From Octopus sinensis (taxonomy: Eukaryota): DNA of 64,000 bases. The DNA lies in the NCBI RefSeq assembly GCF_006345805.1, contig NC_043006.1, positions 33,914,001 to 33,978,000 of the forward strand, given 5' to 3'. Position 1 is the first letter of the stretch, and every line of letters begins with the position of its first letter. The notes under the pieces are model-generated. The model did not search any database. It saw nothing but the letters and a program-made list of their open reading frames with translations, and had not been told where the DNA came from. The translations under genes were made by a program, and so were the position numbers. Positions 39,006-52,819 of the stretch are shown here, in pieces.

Positions 39006-39865
39006 GAGTATGTGTGTGTATATGTTTGTGTGTCTGTGTTTGTCACCCCAACATCGCTTGACAACCAATGCTGGTGTGTTTATGTCCCCATAACTTAGCG
39101 GTTCAGCAAAGAATAATCCTTGGGGTCGATTTGTTTGACTAAAGGCGGTGCTCCAGCATGACCGCAGTCAGATGACTAAAACAAGTAAGAGAGTAAGTGT
39201 GTGTGTGTGTGCATGGCCTTCTTTCAGTTTCTGTTTACCAAATCCACTCACAAAGCTTTGGTAGCCCAAAACAATGGTGGAAGACAGTTGTCCAGACAAT
39301 TTCATTACAATATTTTCTGTGTATGTCCACATGTCACATCTATACATATGTAAATTTATAAATGTGTATCTGCCTTTGTTTATGTACACCAGAAAAGAAT
39401 ATAAAACACTAAGTGGGGAAAAATTACTCAGAAACAAAGTTCCAGACATGCTCTTAACGCTGAGCTCCAGACATGGCCTTCTCTTATCATTCTCTCCATC
39501 ATAAATCCTTTAAACTAATGATCAGCTCACTGGAAACTGGTAACCAATGATGCTATATTGCCCACAAATTGTGAATGAAATTACAAAAGAAGACTTCGTG
39601 GTTTATATCAAACATCAAACTGGTGCTGTGCCACGTAAAACAGCACTGGTGATGGTGCCACATAAAAACACTAAGTACACACTGTAAAATGGTTGGCATT
39701 AGGAAGGGCATCCAGCTGTAGAAACCCAAGCCAAAACAGACAATGGAATCTGATGCAGCTCCTGGTCTTGCCAGCTCCTGCCAACCCATCCAACCCATGC
39801 CAGCATGGAAAACGGATATTAAATGATGATGATGATGACAATCACCACCACCACCACCACCACCA

Positions 39866-39917
<52 letters not shown>

Positions 39918-40719
39918 TCATCTTGGCCCTCATCGGTCCAGTATTGATACTGCATTTATTCAGATCCTTGTTGGATAGTAACTATCCAAGTGTCATGAAT
40001 TCGTTTCAGAGCTGTCACTTTGAAGGAGGCTGTTAAAGTCTTTGACATTCCCTGACAGAAATCGGTAAATTATAAACACAAACCTGGCAACACATTAAGA
40101 AAGCTGATTGCTGAGTAAACAGGGAATGGACCAAATAGCCAAATGTCAGCATTTTGTGTCTTGGAACCAGCTAGATTGTCCCACTCACTTTGTTGCAAAT
40201 AGGCATGGATGCAGACGTGGCAGAGGGGTTAAGGTGTTTGCTTTGAAATGTAAGGCCTTGGGTTCAGTCCTACTGCTGGGTATCTGGGGCAAGTGTTTCC
40301 CACTACAGCCTTAGGTCGACCAAATCCTTGTGAGTGAATTTGGTGGATGGAAACTGAAAGAAGCCCATCAGATATATGTATGTGTGTGTGTGTCTTTTGT
40401 TGCTCACCACTGCTTGCCAACTGGTGTGGGTGTGTTTACATTTCTGTAATCTAGCAGTTCAGCAAAAGAGATTGATAAAATAACTATCAGGTTTAAAAAA
40501 ATTCCTGGGGTTGATTCATTTGACTAAAATTCTTCAAAGCATTGCCCCAGCATGACCACAGTCCAATGAGTGAAGTAAGTAAAAGATAAAAGCTAAAAAG
40601 TATAAAAATAAAAGGGAGAAACAGCAAAGGATTATTCTATCGGATGGATCGTCTACCTTGTAATGTGAAGGTCACACACAAAATTTCATGCTCTATGGAA
40701 TATTCAGCCACTTATAAAG

Positions 40720-40890
40720 TACCGTATTTTAACGTGTATAAGGGATCCCTTTTTGTCAAAAATTAAGTTAAAAAACTATGGGAATTTCTTATACATGGAT
40801 AATGTTATAATTCCTTACAAAAACTTTTCTCTGAATTTTAAACCCCCAAATTAGGGCATTCCTTATACACTAGGGTTCCTTGTAGATGTT
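40720..40890. mobile_element. Possible Tc2/pogo-like MITE fragment
   Basis: TACCGTATTTTAACGTGTATAAG start and internal repeated CTTATACA motifs; second TIR not clear. Confidence 0.3.
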
Positions 40891-42069
40891 ATGCTGGCAA
40901 ACAATCTTTACTCTAAGATTTAACTTTGACTATTTCCAAACAAACAAATTATCCAACATACTAAAAATTTGGGGGAGAGGTATAGTCAATTACATCAACC
41001 CCAGTACATGACTGGTGCTTAATTTATCCACACTGATAGGCTGAAAGACAAAGTCGACCTTGGCAGAATTTGAACTCAGAACCTAACAGCAGATGAAATA
41101 CCGTTCAGTATTGCACCCAATGTGCTAACGATTCTGCCAGGTCAGCACCTTTCTTTTATCTTTTAATGCTGTTAATGAGGTTTAGAATCATGTTGTCATT
41201 GTTTGGTTCCTGGCCAGCCCTGATGGATCAGGGGATTAAAACCCCATCTTTCTACCATGATATATCTAGAATCCTTCCGTTGGGGTCTGCTTTTTTTGTC
41301 ATTTCAGAATTGATAAAATAAGTACCAGTTGGATACTGGGGAATCGATGTAATCCACTTACCCACCAACTCCCACTGACAATGCTGGCCTTGTGCCAAAA
41401 TTTGAAACCAGTATATGTAGGATCCTGGATCAATCTTGATAGAAGGGATTTGGGACTGCTACATTGCACAAGTCATGTGACCAGGTAGACCCCTCAACCC
41501 CCCCCCCCCACCACCATCCCCATTAGTTTTGAGGTGTTTCTTTGTTGTTGTTGTTGGTGGTGGTGGTGTTTAGTCATATATCAACCTTGACTGAACTGAT
41601 TTATAATTAAAGACATTCTAGCCATGACCATCTCATTTGTTTGAGGTATTGAGGACTATATTTATCTAATGCTTTTCTTGACTTATTTTAAGATGGTTAC
41701 AGTGTAATTTTCCTTCTTTTCATTACAGACGATGTGACAGTTGTGATTGTGGTGTTGATAACAGTGTGGGTGGTAGTAGCAGTGGCAATTGTAGTATTTG
41801 CAGTAGTAGTAGTAGTAGTAGTGGCAATTGTAGTATTTGCAGTAGTAGTAGTAGTGGTGGTGGTGGTGGTGGTGGTGGTGGTGGTAGTGGTAGTAGTAGT
41901 AGTAGTGGTGGTGGTGGTGGTGGCAGTGGTAGTTGTAGTAGCAGCAGCAGTGGCGTGGCGGCAGTAGTAGTAGTAGTAGTAGTAGTGGCACCAACAATTG
42001 TTGGTGCTCCAATTAGTTTTGTTTAAAGTTCTTTTATAACCTTAGGCAAGCTCTAATTAAGGAGACAAA

Positions 42070-42240
42070 TGATCAATGGTGCCCCAGCCATGACCATCCC
42101 GTCTGTCTTTCAGAAATCGTGTACTCAAAACCACAATATCCAATGTGCCCATTTCTAAGATTGTAACATATGGATTAAGGGATAGGGCTATTTAGCTGTT
42201 ATTTCTAGCATTTCAAGTGGCCATTTAGAGGTTCTTTCAT
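42070..42240 (+). mobile_element. Repeat family I; related fragments near 2870, 4290, 5520, 17530, 17900, 18470, 41590, 43000, 46855
   Basis: Recurrent CCAGCCATGACCATC and GATTTGGCTGCTATTTCTAGC blocks. Confidence 0.6.
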
Positions 42241-43348
42241 TCATTATTCATTATTGTAGTTGTAGTTGTAGTTGTTGTTGTTGTTGTAGCCCCAGGTCAA
42301 CTCTAAACGACCAGTCCCAAGGCTGACAATTGTAGTTGGTCAAATGGCAAGGCCCAACCCACAGATCCCAACTTCCCGGTTACCTAAAGACCCTTCAGCA
42401 CATTTTGGCAGGCACCGAGGAATTACATGAGGCACAGCACCATAATCTCTTTTATTCTTTTACTAGTTTCAGTCATTAGACTGTGGCCAAGCTGGGGCAC
42501 CACCTTGAACAGTTTTTACTCGAATGAACTAACCCCAATACTTAATTTTTTAAAGCCTGGTACTTATTCTATCAGTTTCTTTTGCCAAACCGCTAAGTTA
42601 TGGGGACGTAAACACACCAACACCCGTTGTCAAGCAGTGGTGGGGAACAAACAGAAACAAAGACACACATACATAGATGTATATAAACATATAATACAGG
42701 CTTCTTTTAGTTTCCATTTACCACAAGGTTTTGGTCAGCTTGAGGCTATAGTAGAAGACTCTTGCCCAAGGTGCCACACAGTGGGACTGAACCTGGGACC
42801 ATGTGGTTGGAAAGCAAACTTCAAACTTTGTCTAGTGTGTTGTGTATGTGTCTGCAGCTAATGTATATGCTTCTGGTTATTTTGGAATGGTCTTGCCAGA
42901 AGTGACAGAATTTGGACCAGGATTGGATTGAAATGTGTTGTGGCACCAAACTGTATCCATTTCATGTCCAAATATAAAGGCATTGTTGGTGTTTAGCTTC
43001 AGGTCAGCCGTGATAGAGTAAATGAATATATGACCAAAAGCAATCCAACTATGACTATTTCACCAAATTTCAAACAGTGTACTTGGGTTGAATGCATCCT
43101 GTGTCTTTCATTTTTTTAAAGAAATCTGAGTGGGATTTGATTGAGACTTAGCTATTATTTCTAGCATACAGATTACAGAAAGACTCTTGTACTGGCTGAA
43201 GTCCCAGTAGAATAAAACTATAACCAAAGTTGTTCTATTCAAACACGTCTCTTATTGTATATTGAAGGGCATATTGTTCAATGTTTTAGAGTTTGATTTG
43301 AGAAAGATTTTTCAGCTATTTTTTAGCAAGCTGAGCAATTATATACAG

Positions 43349-43545
43349 CAGTGATTCTCAGCCATTCTAATATTCAGACCAGATCCAAAAACTTGGATTT
43401 TTTTAGGGCGCCACACCAAAAATCATAAAACGCAAGTCAATTAAAGAAAAATGTATCATGTATATAGCAGGAAAACTGTCAAAAGCTGCCAGAAGGACGT
43501 CTGAGGGCCACATGAGGCCCTGAGAGCCATGATTGAGAACTGTTA
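43349..43545. mobile_element. Decayed hAT (Charlie/MER5-like) MITE
   Basis: CAGTGATTCTCAGCC left end and ATGATTGAGAACTG right end resemble CAGTGGTTCTCAA TIRs. Confidence 0.35.
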
Positions 43546-43925
43546 GCAGAGAGTCTGAGAGTAGTTGTATCAGCTGATGAGATGGAATATAGTCAGGTAA
43601 ACATTGAAATAAAGAGAAAGGTAAGGGAGGAGATGGAAGGGCAGGTAAAAGAGGAGATGGGGGCTCGAGGAGTGTTGATTTGTATGAAAATGAGAAAAGA
43701 GGATATCAAGGTATAGAGGGTAGTTAGAAGGGGCCTTTTTTCAGGGACGTTTGAAATGGAAGACAATTTTGTTGGACAGGTCGGCTGAATCTTCTGGAGT
43801 AGAAGAAGGATACAATGTCATCTTGGTGAGAATATAGGCATAAATGTGTGTCTGTTTGTGTGTGTGTGTGTGTGTGTTTGTGTGTGTGTGCTTGAGTTTG
43901 TGTGCTTGCGTGTGTGTGTGTTTGT

Positions 43926-43957
<32 letters not shown>

Positions 43958-44044
43958 ATGCGTGCGCTTTGTGTGTGTGTTTGTGTGTGTGTGTGTTTGT
44001 GTGTGTGTGCTTGAGTTTGTGTGCTTGCGTGTGTGTGTGTTTGT

Positions 44045-44077
<33 letters not shown>

Positions 44078-44708
44078 GTGCGTGCGTGTGTGTGTGTGTA
44101 TTTGTAAAACTTCATAAATTGCAACTCAGAATTTTATATTTCAAGAATCTTCACACTGCTGTGTTGTTCCTTTTGATATTGTCATCACCATCATCATCAT
44201 CATTATTCTAACGTCCACTTTTCCATGTTTGCATAGATCAGATGGAGTTTACTGAGGACTTTTCTATGGTCCAACGCCCTTCTTTCCAACCCTCACCTAT
44301 TATTTCCAAGCAAGGTCGTATATACACCCACATATATACTCATAGCTAGATATGTTCTTTGCAGAATATTTGCTACAGCTTATGTGCTTATGTGTCAGTG
44401 ACCCTCATTGACAAATGCCACACACAGCAAAAACAAGGTCACACACACACAAACACTTCATTGGGATCATATCCCTTGCTCCCAGCAGCTTTGTAGAAAC
44501 AATTGGTAGCAAGCAAGGTGAGACCCCATTGAAGCAAGATGCAAAGGGTTTCCATGTCAGTTTTCCTGCCAATCCTAGGGGAGGCCACAGGTAGCAGAAG
44601 ACCATACATCAAGTTAAGTACTTAAAGCACCTGATGTTGCTCCAAAGTGGAACATACCCGGAGTAGGCGAGGAGTGGGGAGAAGCGTGGACAAAATTGCA
44701 CTACCTGG

Positions 44709-44888
44709 CACTAGCGTAGCTAGAATGTGTGCCGCCAGGGAAAACCCTTCAGTTTGCCGTCACCCAACCCCACAAAAAAAAAAAAAAGAAAAAAGAAATT
44801 GCCTACAGCAGACCCAAAAGTGGTGCACCTTTAAAAGTACCGCCCGGAGCAGACCGCCCTGCCGCCCCTATCTCTAGCTACGCTAGTG
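44709..44888. mobile_element. 180-bp MITE with perfect 16-bp TIRs and 8-bp TSD (hAT-like)
   Basis: TIR CACTAGCGTAGCTAGA at 44709-44724 and 44873-44888; TSD CTACCTGG at 44701-44708 and 44889-44896. Confidence 0.9.
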
Positions 44889-45049
44889 CTACCTGGATAC
44901 AAGCAGCGTAGTCATACTAATAGTTACAAATACAGGGAAGTACAAATATACTGGTCGGTCAACAGTTTTGTAAACAATTCGAAAGTTCTGTTATAGAATA
45001 ACATAAACTTTGACCATGCATACACACATTGCAAACCAGACATAGAAGA

Positions 45050-45096
<47 letters not shown>

Positions 45097-45855
45097 TATG
45101 AATATATATATATATGCACACCTACCTACGCACACACACTCACACACACGTACATGTATTTATTTCCAATCAGTTACACATTGACACACATAGATATGCT
45201 CAGAAACACATGTACTCGGTCATACATAAATATATAAACACTCACACATACACACAGTTACACATAGACATTTCTATATATAGGTATGGACTAGACAATA
45301 ACCTGTTGCCTCCCTAATCCACCGATTCGTAAGAGATTAGGATTATGTCAAACTATAATCTAATGATCTATATATCTATCGGCCCGTTATTCAGTCCACC
45401 GGTTAGTCGCTATTATCTCCCCCCCACTCTCTCTCTCTCTCTGTCTCTCGTACGTTGCCCGTATTAGCGTACGCGCACATACTTATGTATGTATGTATGT
45501 ATGCATGTATGTATGTATGTATGTATGTACGTATGTACGTATGTATGTATGTATGTATGTATGAATGTATTTACATACAGTATACACGTATTATGATTAT
45601 ATGTGTGTGTGTGTGTGAGTGTATGTATGTATTTGTGTATGTATAAAAAAGACCGCAAGCTACTCATGATTTCCCCCCTGTAAATCTCTGTCTGCCTGCC
45701 TGTCTGTCTGTCCGTCTCTCCCTGTATCTGTCGTTTTACCTGTCAATTGTTGCTTATCGATCTGTCTGTTTATCTATATCTGTTTATTTATCGATCGATC
45801 TGTCTGTCTGCCTGCCTGCCTATCTACTCATGTATCTGTCTACACACACACACAC

Positions 45856-45932
<77 letters not shown>

Positions 45933-46434
45933 CACACACACGCACACACGTATATGACTGCGTGTTTACATTAGTGTTGTTACATGCGCTGAGGCAAGCC
46001 TGTTTACCAAACAGTACTACCACTATAAACAATATCATCAGCGACACCCTCGTCATATTATAACAACCATTATCTCTGCAACTACCACCACCACCACCAC
46101 CACCACCACCACCACCACCATCACCACCATCATCACCATCATCATCATCATGAACAGTAGCAGGAACAACACTACAAACCACAACAACCACCGACAAAAC
46201 TGCAGTTGTCATCATCACAAACAAAGCCATCAATATCAACAGTCAACCTCCCTCTGCATTTCCTTTACAAGTTCTTCCCCCTCCTCCTCTTCTTTCTTCT
46301 TCATCGTTTCTATATTTTTAATCTTACACTGGCAATCCCAAGACGTCGCCGCCGTCCTTACAACCCACCGCCTTCATCACAAAAAATCAACACCGCTTCC
46401 CTTAATATCATCGTCGTTTTCCTCTTCTTCTTCT

Positions 46435-46560
46435 CGTTCTTCTTCTTCTTCTTCTTCTTCTTCTTCTTCTTCTTCTTCTTCTTCTTCTTCTTCTTCTTCT
46501 TCTTCTTCTTCTTCTTCTTCTTCTTCTTCTTCTTCTTCTTCTTCTTCTTCTTCTTCTTCG
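46435..46560. repeat. Long pure (TCT)n microsatellite; an (AGA)n tract lies at about 51060-51160
   Basis: About 40 uninterrupted units. Confidence 0.95.
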
Positions 46561-47068
46561 TCGCCGTCGTAGTCATTGTTTTACCCCATTCATTGTCCTT
46601 TAATTATTTTGCCTTTTTTCAAAATATATCCAAGCGTGCGTGTTTGTATGTATGTCTGTATCTATATGTAAGTGTACGTAGTTACATGTATGTGTATATG
46701 CATTTGTGTGTGGCTACTAGTATACTATAGTACGAGTGATAATAATACTAATACTAACAATTACAGAAGTAGTACTAGTAGTAGTAGTATTTATAGTAAC
46801 ACTAGTAATAATAATAATAATAATAATGATAATAATAATAATAACTGATGTTAAGCCGTAGATCCACCGTGATCGAGTAGACCTATGATCAAAGATGTTC
46901 CAATCGTGACCATCCCAACTTTGATTTCATACATTACCTATGATTACCTATGAGTACATTAAACAATGTGAAGAAAATTTGGTTGCGATAACCAGCAGGT
47001 CGATCGACCAAGGAAGGGTAATAGTATTAATTAGTTGATGACAGTAGTAATTAAACAATTGTACTTAC

Positions 47069-47290
47069 CAAAGAAGCGCGTCCCACAGGCTGCGATCTCC
47101 GTCGGTTTTTGTAACGAGTAGCCTTTTGTAGGAATTCCGGGGGGAGGTCCCCAAGGGTCTCCGACCCTTCGCTGTCTTCTCCTTCATCGGATATAGGGAA
47201 GAGAGCCGGGGGACCTCCATAGGAATGTCGTCTGCTTTGAGCAGCATAATATTGTCGTTTGGCCAAAAACTCCCAGCCACATAAGTTCAT
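47069..47290 (-). CDS. Coding exon, probably first coding exon, of an unidentified - strand gene (MNLCGWEFLAKRQYYAAQSRRHSYGGPPALFPISDEGED...RRRSQPVGRASL)
   Basis: 74 codons of non-repetitive, GC/CpG-rich sequence; AAAAAC before ATG; ends at TTG|GTAAGT (phase 0). Frame stays open upstream to about 47452, with a possible acceptor at 47437-47438. Confidence 0.7.
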
Positions 47291-47355
47291 GTTTTTGGGA
47301 GGTTTGGGAGTTTTTTTGGGGGTTTGCGGTGGTTGAGACAGGGTGACAGATTTTG

Positions 47356-47363
47356 TGACGTCG
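47356..47363. promoter_or_regulatory. CRE-like site (TGACGTCG) upstream of the - strand exon
   Basis: 7/8 match to TGACGTCA, about 66 bp upstream of the ATG in CpG-retaining DNA; could be chance or coding sequence. Confidence 0.2.
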
Positions 47364-47827
47364 TCGTAGAATGTATGGTTTATCCAGCCCCGAACTTTAA
47401 ACGGGGGCAGGGAAACTACATCCGAACGACTGACCGCTATGAGGTGGTTATGTTATACAGATGTGCTTCTCTCTATATATATGTGTGTGTGTATGAGTGT
47501 GTAAGTGAGTCTGTATATATATTTGTATATATATATGTGAATTTCTATGCATAGATGTATATGTATTAGAACATGATCTCAGTTGAAAACTAGAATAGGT
47601 GTATGTAGGTGAATATATATTTAGTTATAAATTCATGTATGTATGTATGTTTGTATGTATGTATGTATGTATGTATGTATGTATGTATGTATGTATGTAC
47701 GTCTACCTATCTACCTACATGTGTGCATTTGATGTTTGTATGGGGAACATGATCTCCGTTAGAAAACTTGAAAGAGGTGTGTATGTATAAATATGTATAT
47801 CTTTCTATCTAGCTACATGTATGTTTG

Positions 47828-47858
<31 letters not shown>

Positions 47859-47895
47859 TGTGTGTGTGTGTGTGTGAGGAAGAAAGAGAAAAATG

Positions 47896-47927
<32 letters not shown>

Positions 47928-48453
47928 AACACGAGAAAGGTGTATCCTGTCGTTCGAATGTGTACGATCGTTGTAAATATTTTTCTTTCTCCTTTCGCTA
48001 GTAAAGACACATGTAGTTGATACGTCACATGCTTTTAAGGCGTATACACAGACGGCCTACTACCACAAACTGCTCCTCTTTATCCATTGATAGTTATGTA
48101 TGTGTCTCAATGATGTTTCACAGCGATTGCGTGTGTGTATGTGAATGAATGATAAGCGAGAAGAGATGATGTGTAGATGCGTGAATTTATGTGAGTGTGT
48201 GGTGTGAGCTGTTGTAAATGCGGCGCACACAGGTTTACAAGTTCAGATAGGATAGTTGCGCGCATGTGTCTAATTATATTATATACATAAACACATTGTA
48301 ATATATATATAATATATATGTTAGCTATCAGAAAATTAAAAAGCGGGGGTGCTTTTTCACTACAATTTTTGAATTATCAGAAAATCAACCAAATTATCCT
48401 CACGCTCTATAATTACAAATATCAAAGAATGGGGTTACCAAATCATTTCGTAA

Positions 48454-48520
<67 letters not shown>

Positions 48521-48559
48521 TGTGTATGTATACACGTAAATGTATGTCCAAGTGTGTCT

Positions 48560-48596
<37 letters not shown>

Positions 48597-48820
48597 CTTT
48601 TAAGTAGATACCTGTAAATATGTGTTGCGTATGTATGTATGTAGGTGTGCGCGCATGTGTGTAGTGGTGTATATTTATCCGTGTCAATTTATGCAGATGT
48701 AAATCTGCCCGCGTGTATATGTGTATGTGTGACCTTGTAAATAGATGCTAGTAAATATATGTGTAGTGTGCGTATGTATATGTATATGTATATGTGTGTG
48801 TAAATAGAAACCTACTTATA

Positions 48821-48855
<35 letters not shown>

Positions 48856-48999
48856 GATGATGTGTGAGTATGTTTTGGGATGCGTTTTTTTTATAGTATA
48901 AGTGTGTGTGTGTGTGTGTGTGTGTGTGAGTAGATGTCGAAGTCATACGTTTACGTTCGCTGACGGACATGTGCATGTGTGTACAAGCAGATACTGTTT

Positions 49000-49078
<79 letters not shown>

Positions 49079-49239
49079 CTGTGTGAGCCAACGCAGACAA
49101 CAGATCTAACCAACTCTTATTAACTGTTTTAACAGACGTTTACATAATAAATGTGTGTGTATGTATGTATGTGTAAGCAATATAAGCATATATGTTATAC
49201 ATATTCAGCGTAAAACTGCAAGCATTGCTGCACAGGTAC

Positions 49240-49282
<43 letters not shown>

Positions 49283-49299
49283 GGCGGGTGGGGCGGTGA

Positions 49300-49384
49300 T
49301 AAAGTAAAAGAGAAAGAGAGATTATTTTAACTTTCTAACTTCTGAGACACCTTACACACACTAGAGATAGACAGACAGACAGAC

Positions 49385-49460
<76 letters not shown>

Positions 49461-49461
49461 T

Positions 49462-49492
<31 letters not shown>

Positions 49493-49509
49493 GGATGGAT
49501 GGATGGATG

Positions 49510-49562
<53 letters not shown>

Positions 49563-49936
49563 GTGAAGAGAGGGAGAAAGAGAGAGAGTATGAGGGGAGA
49601 GTGAGTGAGAGAAGTAAGCTGTGAAAGTAAATAAGAGTGATTTATAAAAGAAATAGCGAGGAAGAGAAAGGAAAAAGAAAGAAAAAGAAAATAGCGAGAA
49701 ATGAGTGTGAAATTAAGATAAAAAGCAAAACAGCAAAATGACAATAGAGAGTGAGATAAAGGAAAGAGAGATGGAAAAGAATGGAGGGAGAAGTAAAGTA
49801 GATGGTAAGTGGAAGAGAGAGAGAGAGAGAGAGAGAGAGTAAACTGACTTTAACTTTCGAAAAGAAGATAAAAAAAAGAAAGATAAAGTGAAGAAAGTTA
49901 AAAAAGAATTCAAATAGAAATAAACGTGAGAATGTA

Positions 49937-49998
<62 letters not shown>

Positions 49999-50020
49999 TA
50001 GATAGATAGATATATAGATA

Positions 50021-50079
<59 letters not shown>

Positions 50080-51000
50080 TAGATAGAAAGAGACAGAGAA
50101 GTAACAAGCGAATGATGGAATTTGAGAGACTGATAGGAAGATATTGTTAAATAGATAAAAAGGAGAGAAGAAAAGATTAGAAAAAAAAATAGAAGACTAA
50201 TGAGTTAAGATCTAATTAAAATGAAAGTGTGAAAGAAAAAGAGAATAAAGGGGAAAGTATGAAGAGAAAGAGTGAGTGAAAGAGAATGGGTATGAGTGAG
50301 AGGAGAAATTGTTGAGAGACTATTAAGAGTGGAGAGACTGATAAAACTGAGAAAAAGTAAGTGATGTCGTGAGATAAGATGGAAGGAGGGAGAGAAAGAA
50401 AGATTAATGAAGAAGAATGTAAATTAGAAAGAAAGGGAGAGAGAGAGGGTGAGAAGAAAGAGAGTTTGACTGGAAGACATGACTAGTGAGGAGATTCTTT
50501 GAAAGATGTGAGGAAGATAACAGAAGAAATAGTGAAAGAGAGGTGAGAAGAAAAAAATAATATGAAAGTAAAGGACACGATAGAGAGTGAATGTGAGAAA
50601 GAAAGACAGAGAAGGAGAGAGTGAGAGAGAGTCGATATTTGAAAGAAATTACTGGCAAAGTTGGGAAATATGAGAGGAAAGTACAGTGATAAAGAAGGTG
50701 AGAGAAAGAGAGAGAAAAGAGGGAGTATGAGAGCTATTAGGAAATATGAAATTTTATCAGTAAAATATAGAGGATTAGAGGATGGAGGAATTAACAGGAA
50801 AGAAAGCTAGAAAGAAAGAAAAAAAAACTGATTGAGGAAAAGAGAGAAAAAGGAAGTCAGAATGGGAGGAAAATTGAGAGAGAAAGAGAGAGGAAGAAAA
50901 ACGAGGAAGATCTCTATGAAATTGGTGCAGAAACATCGCAGGCAATCCTAAAATCGAAGAAGCAGACGATAGGTTTTGATATTATTCCATTGATAAAGAT
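49300..51000 (+). repeat. Purine-rich low-complexity tract with (GATA)n and (GA)n
   Basis: Strong G/A skew on the + strand over about 1.7 kb. Confidence 0.85.
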
Positions 51001-51343
51001 TCTCCAAGCTGATTATTGAAGAGTGCCGTGATGCCGTGAGTAAATCAGCTGAAGGAGAAGGAGAAGAAGAAGAAGAAGAAGAAGAAGAAGAAGAAGAAGA
51101 AGAAGAAGAAGAAGAAGAAGAAGAAGAAGAAGAAGAAGAAGAAGAAGAAGAAGAAGAGAAGAAGAAGCTGATGATGATGATGGTGTTGGAAGAAATAAGT
51201 TGTACACTGGCTGTCCGTAGTGGTGGCGGTGGAGACGGAGGCCCTTTTGCTCTTTCCATTTATATTTTTTTGTCTTTCCCTCGCATTTTCGATTCTTTCG
51301 TTTACCTTTCTTTAATGTTTAGAGTCTCTCTCTCTCTCATACA

Positions 51344-51417
<74 letters not shown>

Positions 51418-51846
51418 GGACGCACATTAACACGTTGTATGGTGTTGGTTTATTGAAAGTCTAGTTGACCAACAGGGGGAACTAATGGCATTGAAACATT
51501 GTGTAACGTGTCGTTAGTAAAGGAGAGGACAGAACAGAGGACAAACGACGATGCGGAAAAGAGAAGGAGGGGGGGAAACGAGGTGTGTGTGTGTATGTGT
51601 GTGTGTGTAATTAGAGAAAGAGAGATAGAAGATATATAAAGGTTTAAAGGTGAAAGGATGAGAGGGTAAAGCTTCAGTGAATTATTATTTTTTTTATTTC
51701 TTCAGCATTGGTTATCTCTCAATATATATAGTCTCTTTGACCGCCCGCTTCTCTCTCTCTCTCCAAATCAATTCAGCATTCTGTTTCTTTCCTTCTCTAC
51801 TTCTCTCCATTCTATTTAATTACACCCCCTCTCTCCACCTCTCCCC

Positions 51847-51931
<85 letters not shown>

Positions 51932-52266
51932 CCCTCATTCCTCCACAATAATTTCAAACTTTCTCTCCTACTTGTTCCTCTTTGCCTCTCCTCTTCCTTT
52001 TACTCTCCCCTCCATCTCTTTCTCCCTCTGTCTGCCTCTCTGATTCTCTCTACTTCATTTTGTTATTATTTTTTTTATTTCTCTTCCTTCCTCTGACCTC
52101 TTTATATTTCTGTCTCTCTCACCACACACACACACACACATGCATGTATATATGTGTATATATATATATATGTCTATGTACATTCACAGACATATCGGAA
52201 GTTTATGCTTTTGTTCCCCTTGCGCGCACCCGCACAACATACATATATTTGGGAAGAAGGGGGCAG

Positions 52267-52403
<137 letters not shown>

Positions 52404-52515
52404 ATATATATATATAAGGCAATACGCTGTTAACACGAAACCGAGGGTATCGGGCAGGCTATACTGTTTGCCTCTTAAATATCGTAGTAAATTTTGAGTA
52501 CTCCTTATTCCGTTC

Positions 52516-52549
<34 letters not shown>

Positions 52550-52819
52550 GCAAATGTGTTTGCGTGTGTGTACATACATATATACATACCTACACCCATG
52601 CACACATGCCACACACATATGTATATACACGCGATTGTATTACATATATACGTTTGGTTTTGTTATGTAAAGCTATGAGCTAATACAGTAGGTATTGACT
52701 GCAGTCAGCTTTGTGCATTGTGTAATGATTACACAATAAGATCTCCACGTTTTCCTGAAATACATCTTCACAATTAACTAACAGCCTGTTGGTTTTATTT
52801 CATATATGAAGTGTTTATA

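Noticed and set aside
39393-39504. Possible terminal exon of the + strand gene (KEYKTLSGEKLLRNKVPDMLL...)
   Set aside because: Phase fits but the acceptor is modest and there is no independent support 28 kb from the last good exon.
43595-43793. Phase-0 - strand partner exon for the 47-kb exon
   Set aside because: Good acceptor, but low-complexity pyrimidine-rich peptide and no donor or polyadenylation support.
50948-51259. - strand ORF MERAKGPPSPPPP with poly-S
   Set aside because: Dominated by a (TCT)n tract with no clear splice sites; may be UTR.
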